A DNA stretch of 64,000 nt from Azolla caroliniana (taxonomy: Eukaryota > Plantae > Polypodiophyta): positions 13,702,001-13,766,000 of the forward strand of contig JBHGNT010000017.1 of assembly GCA_043228905.1 (NCBI GenBank). Direction: 5' to 3'. The notes under the pieces were generated by a model, which made no database searches, was not told the origin of the DNA, and saw only the letters and a list, made by a program, of their open reading frames with translations. Each line of letters opens with the position of its first letter. Positions within the stretch are counted from its first letter, which is position 1. Positions 23,044 through 43,110 of this stretch are shown here, piece by piece. The position numbers were made by a program, and so were the translations under genes.

Positions 23044-25132
23044 GGAGTCGAAAGAGGGTGTGACAAAGCTAACTTCATTGTGGATATGATACCTCGACCC
23101 ACGAACCTTTTTTAGGTGGGAAAAATGCATATAGTTGACGAGTCTCCACATCGAGGAGCCAATGCCTAGCCTCGTATGGAAAAGAAGTGGAAGAAAACCC
23201 AATGAAACAATGGTGTGCGGATGGTGGATAAGGAGATGAGTTCTCTGATGCCTAAGTGGTTGGTGAGTGATGTAATGCTCATTCCGAGATGTAGACGATT
23301 TTGTATTTCAATGCAACATGTTTAACATATTGGGTGAAGCATGAGGCTTCACATTCCTCCCAACTTTTGGGGCCACCATGTTTATGTCAAATGTTTTTGA
23401 TAGTGTGTTAGAGTTGTTTAATCAAGTCTTATAGACTAGGGTTTGTCGCATTAACAATTCAATGTGTGTATCAAGACCATTGTGGTTATATAGGATGCCT
23501 TGGTAGTGAGTCAAAGGTTTTTGATTGACTCTTAGGCTAGGGTTTGTAGCTTCAATATGGTGTTGGGTTTACTTAGAAACAATAATTTATATATAAAATC
23601 TTCTATGTGGCAATTATTATATTTGTCGTCCTCAAAAGAAAAACAAAGCATTGAAATGACTTTGTATTTTTATTCTGGTTCATGAAATTGATTAGAGAGT
23701 TTGATGACACCAGAAATATGATCTTTATTATATGTACGAATTTTGAAAGTAATAGTGAATGTTGTTCACAAAAGAGAAATAATGTTTAGTGTGATTGCAA
23801 TTAAAATTGACATGTTGTCCAAATATTCACGACCATTAATTGCGTACAATGTTTAGCATAACTTAAGGAGAACCCAATTTTCTAGAAATAAAAAATCTCA
23901 ATAATGTGGCATCCAATTATAGATGGATGTACAACGCGAGATAATAGTGCACTTTTCCAAAAGTGAGTCGCATTAAGTGTTTTTTTAGCTTTTTCTTTAA
24001 TGGGAACTCTAAAACATTACTCATTCAGTACGCAAATGCCAATGTATCATTTTATCTACCATCTGCCACGAGCCAAAGTTGATACGCCAATTCCCTTTTG
24101 ATTGACCCATTGGCTTTCGAGCAATGCACATATATATATTCCAAGGATTCTTTGGAATAATATATACATATATGTGGTATGATATGTTGAAAGCATCATA
24201 TACGTAAAACTTGTAAATTCTCAATATTTCAACTTTTGGAAAAATCTTATGTAGAAGGTGAGGTTTATTGCAAAGCTACATGAAGCTTCTAAGTTCTCAT
24301 CATCAATTTTAAACAAATGAATTAGCATATACAGCCAAAAGAAGAAACAATTCTTCGACAATTAATGTTTTTGGATGGTCCTAGTAATCCACGTCAAATG
24401 TAGGACAAATCCTACATAGCATAAGATACCACCCTACTCATGAAGCAATTCACATGCAGGACCATGTACATCTTACCTTCATTGAACTCATTATTAATGT
24501 GAATTTCATAAAAGGAAGTAATACCTCACTGGCACATATGCATGTACTTGAAACCTTTATGTGTTTTGTTACAAAGTTTCTTTTGAAGAAACATCTTCCA
24601 TCACTACAATAAAGACAAGTTGTTGCACGTTATTATATTGTCAGGTCACAAGTGAGGTCCCATATGATGGGTCACTATCTTCCAAAAATACATGTAATGC
24701 ATATCCACATGTGGCGATGATAAGCAAAAAGTTGATGAAAGGGTCATGTCTCCCCAACTATACGGCATTCTTGGATAGAAAGAAAAGTCTTAGAAAGGGG
24801 TTGATCACATGCGTCGAGTCAAATTCGAAAACATACGAAATCTAGATATGAGGATCGAGATTGAATGAACCCAAGAACTAGGTTTCGATGTCCAAAAACA
24901 AGACTTCTTGTGTTATCCATGATTCGTTTTCTTTTTTACTTTTACATATTATTAATGAATCTTCCCATTTGCTGCTTTGAGGTTAGAAGATGATAAAAAA
25001 AAAGGTGTTCTTTGATCAATGGTGAAAAAATGCTTCACGCTTCCAAATTTTTGTAACATCATTAATAATACACAAGGCAAAAAAAAGTGTACCAAGTAGA
25101 GAAAGAATTAGAAGTGACGTGGTCGTGAGTTG

Positions 25133-30805
<5,673 letters not shown>

Positions 30806-31103
30806 GATTGAATATATAATCAATCAATCAATCAAGATGGTGGTCGGTGTCGTAATGCGATCGAAACGAAGGATCGGTACACAATTAAATCATATGATTA
30901 TACATATGTATATATGTATATATATATATATATGTATGATTATATATGTATATGCATATGTATGTGTGTGTGTGTGGATAGATGTGGATTGAATTAGGCA
31001 GAGTGATTAAGGAGCATTTTCATCATCATCTTCTTGGCACCATGGGTAGGAAAAGGAGGACAAAAAAACACTCTCCTTCTTTCCTCTCTCCTCTTCTCTT
31101 CAG

Positions 31104-31135
<32 letters not shown>

Positions 31136-31244
31136 CATATGTGTGTGTGTGTGTGTTCTTTTTTAGTTCATAAGCCTACATACACCTCCTCTATTCTTAA
31201 ATATAATTTTCGCCTCCAATCCAATCAATAGAAAACGCCTCTCT

Positions 31245-31365
31245 ACTAGACTATCTTTAGGGATTGACATTTTAAGAGAGGAAAAACTATACTCTCTCTC
31301 TCTCTCTCTCTCTAGACTATCTTTAGGGATTGACATTTTAAGAGAGGAAAAACCATACTCTCTCT
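31245..31365. repeat. Short direct duplication upstream of the subtilase
   Basis: CTAGACTATCTTTAGGGATTGACATTTTAAGAGAGGAAAA occurs twice, separated by (CT)n. Confidence 0.85.
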
Positions 31366-31626
31366 CATGCACACACACACACCCTTGATTTGTGGTTGGG
31401 TTTCACATGACCTTGCCCATGGACAAGACCCTTATGTACTAAGATTGTTGGTTTGCACGATGCTCGTGACTCGTAACGATGGCCAGTGTCAAGCGACAAA
31501 ACGTTTGTAACTCAACACTGATGTCCTTGATGCAACCATTGGTTTGTTTGTTTGTTTGTTTGTGTGAGTTTGTGTATGGCTCATCGAGCTCGTTTTAGCC
31601 TGATGTGCATGATGAAACTAGAGGTT

Positions 31627-31664
<38 letters not shown>

Positions 31665-34600
31665 TTGATTGGACCAACTTTTGCCACGTGATACGTCCAA
31701 CTTGGACAATTATCCAATCGAATGGAGAAAATGGGTTTGTAGTGTCTTGAGCACAACCTAAGTGTCATTTGCTTAGATTCACACTCGCTCGCCTTGCCAT
31801 CCTGATAGCAACATCTCGTAAAAAGGTAAATCATGTCTTGGCAACATTAGGAGTGCAAACATTCTGGTGTTGGTTATGTTGAGTTGGTTTAGCCCAATGT
31901 GTGTGTGACAATTTCGAAGATTTTGGATTACTTCTACCAAAGGATTTGTTAATCATAGGCATTTCTTGTCATTTGGAAAATGAATTTGTGGCCTAGGTGT
32001 TCACGTGACTTGATTGGCATTCACCACCCAACTAGCAATGGGCAATAAAGGTAATGTGTTAGGCAAGGTTTGTGGGTGCAATGTTGGTTAGTCTAATGTG
32101 TCTGGATGCAACAAATAAGTGATGCTAGGAACATGGATATTCTCCGATCCAAGGAAAAGTGTTGTGGGGACCTAGATTTGAACTTTTTCATATTTATTTG
32201 ATGATGAGCAAGTGTGAATCTAGATTTCCAATCCTTCATGCTATATGCCGCTATCCTCTTTTAACATATTTCTTGCATTTAATCATATGAGGAGTAGTGG
32301 GGCTAAGTACATTTGGCTTCTTCGTAGCTTCCACTATATTCACAAAATAGTTAAAAGCTTCATATTATAATAGTTTTTTGCACCATTTTAGATAACATTT
32401 ATGTCATGAATGTGGTAAAATAGTTTTACATTGAGAATGGACAAATGTCAATAGAGCTGACACAAGCTAAGATATGCTACCTTTTCAACAACCCATATGG
32501 TCCCAAGGATGTTGTGAATACCCATTATTTTTCCATTTGACCCATCCAGTTAAAGGGCTCTAGCAGCGTGATCAATAACAAGGTCGAGACAAAAAATTCA
32601 CTTTCTCATTACTTTTGTGGCGTCTGCAACATTGAGCAATGCGCTTAGTACATTGTTTTATTGTGGTAATGTATTGAGCCCGTGAGGAGGCTGAACATTG
32701 TTAGGAAACATTATTGAAAGAGCCGCACACAAAAAACGCCATCAAGCTTTTAACCGGTTACAAGGAGAGGCCTATAGCTAAGGAATTTTCTTCCAGTACG
32801 ACACCTCCTAATCAATACGTAACATTAGTGACATTGTGTATCTTACTTGCATGACTTTGAGCTCTCTCATCTAACTTGAACATGCAAATGTTTGACAATA
32901 TATTTTTTTTTTCTACCACACAATCCCTCAATCATACCCATGTATGTTTTTGGATCCTCATTTTCAATCTCTTTCATCTTTACTTAACTCTTCATCAATT
33001 ATATGCATTCTTATTTTCTATCTTTATGGTCCACATTTGCACAAAGTTTTTCCTACACATAAATCTCTTATGATTCTCGAAGTATCTAATCTATCTTTTA
33101 AATGTTCCATGTTTATATCAAGATTCAAATATATAATTATCTAGGTACATATGAGAACTATAATATTCATTTATCAATGTAAGGTACTTTCTCGACTCTA
33201 TGTGAGTGTGTAACTACACCATGAAAAAGGCAACAAGGCTCCACTTTGAACTAAGGTTCATAATATTATTCCTCGAATTCTAGATGTTTTTCGGGTCCAA
33301 TTTAAGCAGGGCTCCAATGTACTTCCAATTGTGTCACTTTGACACATTGTCACCGAAAAAGCAAAGAATATTAGAGCCTTCATACATTGGTTCCTTTTCA
33401 TGTTTAACTACTGTTGAAACATAAGTTGAAGTATCCCTCCGATGTGATTTCATATTGACAATGTACATCATAGTTTTACTCATCAAATGCTTTCTCATCA
33501 CTCAATGGATTTCACCCCTATTACACCCCGTAAGCCCTCTCTCTTTTATTCATTTACACCTCCTATTTATAGCATTGACATGTACATTCATTTCCTATTA
33601 GAAAAAGGCTGTTTAATTTCTTCTTTTATTTTCTTCCTCAAATGATTATATATATATATATATTGTATATAGGTCAATAAAAAATACGGTTCTTATTAGA
33701 CTAGGAGTGAAAAGAGAAATCATTTCGTAAAATTGAGATAAGTAGGTTACTAGGTGGATATCACCTACCCAAGAATTTATCGTCTTTCCTCAAACTGAGG
33801 GTGGCCACACTAGTCTAGAAAACTTGCTATCCCATCAAAATTTGTAGTGTCACGATATTTCTATGATTGTTAGTGCCTTTAATTTGATGAAAGACATATT
33901 TTCCATTAGCTTTCGTTCCTCACCCCATAATAAGATGCAAAGAAACCAATAGGAATACTTAATAAGTTCAAAATGTTAGGTGTTTTACAATGGAATTTTA
34001 ACATTCCGCATTTTGAGAAGAAATTTGGACCTCAATGTTTTTGTCATAATGGAAAACTACTTTTAATGACCCAATTTTTTCTAACCCCATTTAGTGATGG
34101 GTCCTTTGTTTTTGACATAAGCATCCAATAAGCTTGATGACTTACGCAATCATCCTAACACAATTTGGATCTCGCGCTTTCCCAAAGTGCTTATGCACAT
34201 TCACATACATAAGTACCTTTTATCGAGCAATGCATTGTATTATTGGTGGGAAACCTCAAAGTGTGACGAAAACCCATAAAGATTATTTAACATTGACATA
34301 TTAAGAAATATTCAAACATTTTTGCAAATGCATGTGAGATATGAAGACCGTAAGGGGATTATTGAAGAGAAACCCTATCTAGTGATATAGTTTAGAAGTT
34401 GATTCCACAAACAATCCTAATTATGAATACAATATTCAATCCATAGAGCCCAAAATCAAACCCATGTAAAAACATGGAATGCACCTCAAGGCCCCTTTGT
34501 AAAATGCCAAAGAGGCAAAATAATTTTTAGGATTCATGAGCCAAAGAGACCTAACAATGTAGTTGATGGGTAACTTGGCAATAGGAAAAAGTATTGTATG

Positions 34601-35710
34601 GGAACAAGTTCAAAGTAGACCAAGAAGGGTTTTAATTGCTTAATGTTCACACCTCCTACAAAATGGCCTTATAAAATTTCCTTGATCCTAACTTACTAAT
34701 AGGTAGGATCCCAAAATGTAGATGCCACTCGATAATTAAATGTTCCTTAATGGCTAGTTAATTCATCTACACCTATTTGTTACTTTCATAAAACCAATTA
34801 CTTTTGCCTATGCCAAATACCATGACAAATTGTATATAACCGTGGTTCAAACTTGAAGTCAATATATGCCTTTTGGCTAATAGGGTTTGTAGTGGCCAAT
34901 TAGGTCTCCTCAAAACATGTTTTCATCCAATAAGGAAGCGTAACCACACCAAGTCCATGTCTTTGTCTTGCATCCATGGTAGTCAATTTTTTCCGCCATC
35001 TACAACTACACTAGCTATGATATTTATACCCTTCCAATTTTGTTAACATCTCTTGCAAATGAAGACTTCAATAAGTACATTAAACTCTAGTATAGAGCTT
35101 CTATGTTTACACAAAGGCATAATATGATTCTCAGGTCAAGGTTGCTGAAAAATGATTTTATGCTTGGAAATACTTTATTGAATATGTATGCCAAATGTGG
35201 AGAGTTTGTAAAATCTCAAAATGTGCTTCAAGAGCTTCCTATTCGAGATATAGTCTCTTGGAATGCACTTATTGGTGAGTATGCTAAATACGGTCAAGGC
35301 CACAAAGTTGAACCGTTTTAAATAGATTCAGAATGATGGCATTGCCCCAAATACTGTCACATATTTTTTTGCTTCCTTGCAAAAGCACTAGAGGATATGT
35401 AGAGAATGGCCAAAATAAAAAATCATTGAATTATGTTCAGTTTATGCAAGATCAAGGTAATGTGGAATTGGGTTTTGTGAAGAAACTCTTAATTTTGTTG
35501 AGCATCTGCACATGGAGGGGTTTATTCATGATGTTGTCACTTATCTAAGCAACTTGAGAGCTTGCTCAAAGATGGTAATTGGGATGAAGGTCAAGAATTA
35601 CATTTGGAGATTGAAAGAGATCTGTTTCTTGGTAATGCTTTGATAGACATGTACGCAAAATGTGGCTCTCTTACTCTAGCATGGGATGTAGTCGAGGATC
35701 GACCAAGTCA

Positions 35711-36421
35711 ACATGTGATATCGTGGAATACCCTTATTAGTGGATATGCTAAATATGGGTCAACTAAAGACGCCCTATGTTTGTTAGTTGTTAGAATAGA
35801 TGGAAACCCTTATTAGTGGATATGCTAAATATGGGTCAACTAAAGACGCCCTATGTTTGTTAGTTGTTAGAATAGATGGAAACCCTTATTAGTGGATATG
35901 CTAAATATGGGTCAACTAAAGACGCCCTATGTTTGTTAGTTATATGTCATAGAATATAACATGTGATATCGTGGCATACCCTTATTAGTGGATATGCTAA
36001 ATATGGGTCAACTAAAGACGCCCTATGTTTGTTAGTTATATGTCATAGAATATAACATGTGATATCGTGGCATACCCTTATTAGTGGATATGCTAAATAT
36101 GGGTCAACTAAAGACGCCCTATGTTTGTTAGTTATATGTCATAGAATATAACATGTGATATCGTGGCATACCCTTATTAGTGGATATGCTAAATATGGGT
36201 CAACTAAAGACGCCCTATGTTTGTTAGTTATATGTCATAGAATATAACATGTGATATCGTGGCATACCCTTATTAGTGGATATGCTAAATATGGGTCAAC
36301 TAAAGACGCCCTATGTTTGTTAGTTATATGTCATAGAATATAACATGTGATATCGTGGCATACCCTTATTAGTGGATATGCTAAATATGGGTCAACTAAA
36401 GACGCCCTATGTTTGTTAGTT
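35711..36421 (+). repeat. Tandem array of a PPR-motif-derived unit (8 core copies; two 76-bp periods then five 96-bp periods)
   Basis: Core CCCTTATTAGTGGATATGCTAAATATGGGTCAACTAAAGACGCCCTATGTTTGTTAGTT starts at 35731, 35807, 35883, 35979, 36075, 36171, 36267 and 36363. Confidence 0.95.
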
Positions 36422-36693
36422 GTTAGAACAGATGTTTGTTAGTTATATGTCATAGAATATGATTCTAGAACACATAGTTAATGTGTAGAGAGTAGTGGTG
36501 TGACTCTTGACCTTTGAGTGATCATAGATTCTCAAAGGATGTGTTCACACGTTGCACTAGGTTGAGCTTGATTCTCAACAATATGTACATCAAATATGGT
36601 CTGATAATGGAATCTTATGCTGACTATGCGCTCGAAAAGCAAGTGTTTTATTGTCTGGAACAAATGCAAGTAGAAGAAATTTCTCTCGACTCT

Positions 36694-36975
36694 GCTTGAT
36701 TTGTCTACTTCTTGAAAGCTTGTTTTGGAGTAGAGTCTGCAACAAGAGGAGGGGAATTACATGGTGATACTGCAAAAGAAGGATTTGAAAAAGATCCTTG
36801 TGTTGGTACCATAAATGTGAACCAATAATTGAAAGCTTGATTTGTCTACTTCTTGAAAGCTTGTTTTGGAGTAGGGTCTGTAACAAGAGGAGGGGAATTA
36901 CATGGTGATACTGCAAAAGAAGGATTTGAAAAAGATCCTTGTGTTGGTACCGTAAATGTGAACCAATAATTGAAG
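36694..36975 (+). repeat. 141-bp tandem duplication inside the PPR pseudogene
   Basis: GCTTGATTTGTCTACTTCTTGAAAGC...AACCAATAATTGAA at 36694 and 36835. Confidence 0.9.
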
Positions 36976-39900
36976 CCTGAGAGCTTTTTGATGGATTATT
37001 GTTGGTTGGAGATGTGGTACAAAGGACTGCCATGTTATTGGGCTATACTGAGCATGATAAGAATGAGGATGCTATACAACTCTATCTTCAAATGCTTGTG
37101 CAAGGCCTCTTACCTAATATGATGACATTTTCTGCTATGTTGAAAGCATGTGGCAACATGGGAGATATACAGAAAGAGAAAGGGAACAACTTCCATGTTC
37201 AAATGTCCTCGCAAAACATGGAGGCCACAGAAACAAGTGCCCTTATTGAGAAGTATGCTTGAAGCTTAACAAGTCTTTGCCATAAGACAAGCAAGAAGTC
37301 TTTTTGAATGGTCTAGTTTAATTTCGAGATATGCTTGAAACGTAGAAACTGTGCAGAAAACATTTAGCACAATTATGGTTTCAAATATCGTCTCATGGAA
37401 TGCACTCAAAAGAGGCTATAGAGATTATGGATATGCCAGGGAGGTGTTGTATTAGTTTTGAACAGATGCAAGACAATATATGTATATTGTTCCTTTAATT
37501 TTAATACCAATGGAGGATATTTTTTATGGAAAAAAGAAAAAAGAAAAAAGAAAGTACATTAAACTCTAATAGTGTTGCTTGTATTACTATCTTTCCTTGA
37601 CCATTGATGTGTTCCATCATCTTTCTCTAACAAGCACCAAGTTGTTAAATTGGCCACATAGTGAATTTATCTTTATAATGACTAGAAACACTATATGTCT
37701 TAAGGCCATTGTCTAGTTCCAAAAAGTTTCTTCTTAAGTTTGTTCCATAAGCATCAATAGTTCCAAAAAGTTTCTTTCTAAGTTCATAAGCGTCAATAGT
37801 TTGCATCCAAGCCAAATTTGAGCAACAAAGTCAAGGGGCAAATTGCTTCTTGAACTAAGGGATTCCTTTGTGCATCCAAAAAAATTAGGATCTATAACAT
37901 ACTCTATTTTTTAATGTGTGTAGCTTGCTAAATGGATTAAGAAGATCAAACATGAAGTTTTTCTAGGTTTTATTGGGAAAAAAATCAACAATCACACCAT
38001 CTACATGCTTGCATGCATAGAAAAAGCATCTAATTTCCAATATTGCAACTCATATTCAATTTTTACAAGTATTTGATCTATTTGATTTGTTGAAACATTC
38101 TATGCTATAGCGTATGTGATATGTCGAACAATATGATTGACAAGAAATATTTTCCAAGGCCCATTGGAGGGAATGTTGTGGCACAAATATTTACGAGGGA
38201 AACTTAGATTTATAAAAATTGATAAGTTATCCCACAACCAAAGCAAAATGTTCGAGTGCACTATCATAGTTTGCAAATCTTGAGCCATATTGTGATGTAG
38301 AAAATAATTAGCAACACATAAGACACAATACAAGAAAATCATGTCAAATAAGTACGTGCATATCCATAATGTCAACAAGAAGGATGGTGTAGACTTAGTA
38401 TGAGTCTTCATACATGTGTAACTGCTCCACAATGTGATATATATATATTGAGAGAAATAGAAAGTGCCCATCCACGTGTTGCTATGAATAAATATTCCAT
38501 TTTCAAGGTCAATTGGGGAGAGGCATTGGGTGAATGTAATGTATCTTTAGATTAGATTATTACTTTGTACACCTTTCAAGATTTGGGAGAGAATGTAATA
38601 ACAAAATTTGCTTTGAAACTATAAAATTTTGAAAATGTTTATGTCAAAAAGTTGAAAATTTCTATGTCGTTTTGGTAATACAAACATTTCTATGCTAGAA
38701 TTTGAGACAAAGTTATTTTGAAAGGGGGAAACAGCCCTAGCATGATTGAGCAAAAATTGTAACAAACATTTTACTCTTTAAGATTGTGTGTGACTCAATA
38801 GATCGTGTGTGTTGTACGAAAAGGTTGTGAAGGGACCATTTCGGAAATGACCCTAACTTTGATTAAATCAAGATGGTCACAAGGCTTTCTCTTTGATTCC
38901 ATATTGAGGCTATGGAAATGTCACAAATTTCCCTGTTGTAGTAGTGTTCAACCCTTGTGGTTGCTAAGAGTTGTTTTTGAAGGGGGAAAACGGTCCTTAC
39001 CTCGATAACAAATCCCATTGAAAACATTATATCTTATAGGGTTGCTCAACCTTAGGTCTTTGTTGAGGTGCTTAACACAATAAAGGAGCGCACATTTCCA
39101 TTTCAATTTGAAAAACCTTGTGATAGCTTAATACTTTCCCCCCTATTATAGGGATGTTCAACCCATGCTATTACGTATTGTATGTAATCACTGAAGAGAA
39201 TTCCCAAGCCAAATGTTTGCCGATTTTGATACAATTGGAATCTTCATGGAATTCCCCGTGATCACTTTTAAGAACTCAAACTTGTCTACATACCTTGATG
39301 CATTCACTAGGGCTTGAATCACCTCACTCACACAACTTGCTACTATTAGCATTACATGCGGAACATAAATATTATCAAAATTTAGACAACCATCGTATGA
39401 GATTATAGTGGATTTTGTTATTCTAAAGAATAAATTTGATGCATTTGAATACAATAAAAAATCATTTAAGTCTTATGTAATACATTCAATTTTTTTAATA
39501 TTGGCCAAAATTAGCAATCAACAACAATTTGGTTCCACTTGGGAGTCTCAATCTCAACCCGTCAGTTTGGGGGAAGGGGGGATTTTTGAGAGATGTCCAA
39601 ACTTTGTCATCAAATGCTTTATTGTTGGATAGTGAATCAAGATGAATGTAAGAGAACTATGAAAACAAGAGGCGATGTGGCTGTCGATGATAGAATCGCA
39701 ACATTAAAACTTGTGGATCTCCTCCCAACAATCTTTTGATCCTTCTTTTCCCATTATCTTAGTCTCTCATACTTGATGTATCTTGAAATCTTGCCCCTTA
39801 GGAATTATGGTATTAGGGCATATTGTTAAATTGATATGTATCTTGACCTTGAGCTTTTCAAAAGTTTAATGTAAGTTGTTGAGGATTTTCTCAAAACATT

Positions 39901-40499
39901 ATGTATCAAAATTTCTTGTATTCGACAAAAAGGAAGGAATCATAAACTTGGGGTCATTTGATTCACAATCAAACAAAGATCGCAATAGAATTTTCAGTTT
40001 GAAAATTTGAGCAAGAATCAAGAATCAACACGATAAATTGCCTGAATTTTGTTGGAAGATGGATTCCAAATCTAGAACATTGAAGTGCTTGGCATGTCAA
40101 TGGCTTGAGATCTTCATGAGGCTTGTGAAAAAAAATTGGATCGTGAATTTGAGCACCATAAGGGAAATTACAAGTGAAGAAAATTGGCGGATGTGGAGTT
40201 GAATACAAAACACTGAACTTGGGAACTCATATGTCCCATCAACCTGACAATGTTTGTATTGAAAATTCTAGGAAAATGTGCAAACACGAAGATCATGTGT
40301 GAACATATGCTTTCCAAATTCTTTGCGGAAGAGACTCTCTATATGGATTGAATCCACAAAGGCTCAGATCCATGGAAAACTTCCATGAAAGGGAAAGAGG
40401 TGCCTCTCTACTCATTGACGTCTTTATGTGGGAAATGCATAGGAGGAATTAAGTTAAACGAGGAATATTAAAAGGGTTGAATGGTAGATCGAGCCTACT

Positions 40500-43110
40500 C
40501 AATTGGTAAAAGCATGTGGATAAGTAGGAGGTCAAAGGTTTGGGCCATACTTGGACAATAGAAGATTATGTGCATAATGAATGTAATGGTGGACATTACC
40601 ATTATTTTTTTGCTAGCATTAGACACCAAGAGGGGAAAGTAGCACATGCAAGGGAAAAGCACCACCACGGGGGGAAAGTAGTGCATGCAAGTGAAAAATA
40701 TAAAAGCGTGGTATGTGCTAAAATAAAAACATTAATTTTATTCTTGAGAGAGCCTCTTGAATCGACAAGGGGCGATGCGGTCATCATTTGTTGGGATGTT
40801 GCACCCTTGTTACTGCGTGTCGACCACAATATGAAGGAGACCATGAAGCTCTATTTTCTGCTTCCACGATTACACCACGACATATACCACCGTGTTAGGG
40901 ACTAGGGCCTAACTACATTCCAGATGGCCTTGAAAATCACACAACGAATTGAGGCAATTGATTACTTCAACCTATCTCAATTGACACCACCTACAAATAA
41001 CAATATTCAAAAGATAGTAATTGAGCCCACTGCTAGCCCGATGGATATAGATGTCCAAAATGCACAATTTTGCACTAAAAAGAGATTACCAGATAGAGAT
41101 AGTTATGGTAAGCCACATTGTTTCTATTGTAATGGGTACGACCATGTTAAAAAGTATTGTAGGAAGTTTGTAGCCCCTAGGCATCATCAGAAGGCACAAA
41201 TTCAATTGGTAGACGCTGCATCACTCACCATGGAATAGGGAAATAACCAAGTGGGACGTTGATGGAAGAGAATCTCCCGCACATTCAAGCGGCAACCTCT
41301 TCCGGACGCATGGTATGCTCCACAATAGCACAAATAAATCACACATCACACGAAGTTCTCTTAGATTCAAGAAGCACCATATCTTCAATTAGTGTAGATT
41401 TAGTTAAGTCACTGAATTTACCCACTTACTTCACTTGCAGGGCTGCAACAAGCAAAAGATATACCAATCCGCCAGACACACATTGTACATTCAACCTTGC
41501 ACAACACATCTTCTTTCATTCCTTCTACGTCTTATTGCACAAAATATTTCCAATTACGTTAGGTTGCGATTGGTTTATAAAGAATGGCACACAACTGCAC
41601 TTCGATACATACTATGAGACGCCGTATCCTCCAGCAGTTCCCCGAGCTATTTCACAAGCCTACAAAGACAACCAAGATCAATCTTCTGGTGCAACATGCT
41701 ATTCCCAAAATTGATTCAACACCTCCTCGAACAACACCTCGACGACGATCACTGTTAGATAATCATCGAATCAATCAAGCACTACAAGACATGCTAGAGA
41801 AAGACATCATCGAGTCATCAAGTAGCGATTGGGTTTCGGAGCCACATCTCGTCTGTAAAGACGATGGTACATTTTGTTTCTGTATCAATTTCAGGCCCTT
41901 AAACAAGATCACAAAGCATGAACTCTATCCATTGCCGCACATCGACGACTTATTGGATCAAGTCGAGAAGTCAAGATACTTCACATTGTTGGATCTAGCG
42001 TCAGGGTACTGGCAGTTCCCATTAGACCCTGCCGACAAACACAAAACAACTTTTCGCACACAACATGGTTTATTCCAATTTAAAAGAATGCCATTCGGTC
42101 CATTTGATGTTGGAAGCACGTTCCAAAGAATGGCAAATACAATCTTTCAAGACCTCGTCAAAGAGGGAGTGGTACTCGTCTATCTCGACGATATCCTGAT
42201 CCATACATATGATTAGCAACGACACACCCTAGTCTTGGGAGAGGTGCTCCGATGCACCCAATGCAACTACAATGGAAAAAATGTCAGTGGGGTGTGACCT
42301 CATTGAAGTTCTTGGGATTTATCATTTGAGGCACCAACATTAGCATGGATCCTGCAAAAATAAAGGCCATAACACATTATCCAACCCCATCTAACATCAA
42401 AACATTGCAAAGTTTCCTAGGCCTAGTGATTTTTTCATTACGGTTTGTACCACATTGGCCACGATCACACAACCTCTGTGAATGACCTCATTGAAGTTCT
42501 TGGGATTTATCATTTGAGGCACCAACATTAGCATGGATCCTACAAAAATAAAGGCCATAACACATTATCCAACCCCATCTAACGTCAAAACACTAAAAAG
42601 TTTCCTAGGCCTAGTGATTTTTTCATTACGGTTTGTACCACATTGGCCACGATCACACAACCTCTTCGAATGCTTTTGAAGAAGGGAATACAATTTACGT
42701 GGTCCACTGCTTGCGTAAACAATTTTAATCAAATCAAACAACTCATCAAGGATGCAACCACATTAGCTTTTCCTGATTTCAGTCGGACAATTTGCATGTA
42801 GACTAATGTGTCTAACACGGGTATAGCTGCAATATTGTTACAACAAGACCACACAGATGAGTGGTAGCCTATTGCTTTCATCAACCAAGCACTAACAACA
42901 ATAGAACAAAATTACTCAACGACAAAGAAGGAATTCTTGGCAGTGGTCTGGTTCTTCCAAAAATTCCACCTTTATTTGCACGATACCACAATTCAAGTCG
43001 AGACAGACCATCAACACTCCACTCCATGATCAACAAAAGTCACCCATCAATATGACTCCTGTGGTGGGCATTCGCACTACAAGAATACAAATTTACCCTA
43101 ACTTACTATC
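40500..43110 (+). mobile_element. Degenerate Ty3/gypsy gag-pol remnant
   Basis: CFYCNGYDHVKKYC knuckle; LLDS protease; RT (LDLASGYWQ, RMPFG, VYLDD); RNase H fragments; 188-bp internal duplication at 42295/42483. Left boundary approximate. Confidence 0.85.

Larger units (their letters stand above)
35090..37551 (+). pseudogene. Degraded PLS-PPR processed pseudogene (retrocopy)
   Basis: PPR fragments (GNTLLNMYAKCG, GNALIDMYAKCGSL, PNMMTFSAMLKACG) with many stops and frameshifts; A-rich tail 37530-37551; 17-bp direct repeat AAGTACATTAAACTCTA at 35073-35089 and 37552-37568. Confidence 0.85.

Noticed and set aside
32300-35072. Very old gypsy pol remnant (minus strand) hosting the PPR retrocopy
   Set aside because: Only faint hints (VVDGG near 35000); too decayed to call without tBLASTn/HMM search.
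35711-36421. CRISPR-like array
   Set aside because: Inter-core sequences are identical rather than unique spacers, the unit is PPR coding sequence, there are no cas genes, and the context is eukaryotic.
37600-40450. Degraded transposase or gene
   Set aside because: Short AT-rich ORFs with no motif I can recognise.
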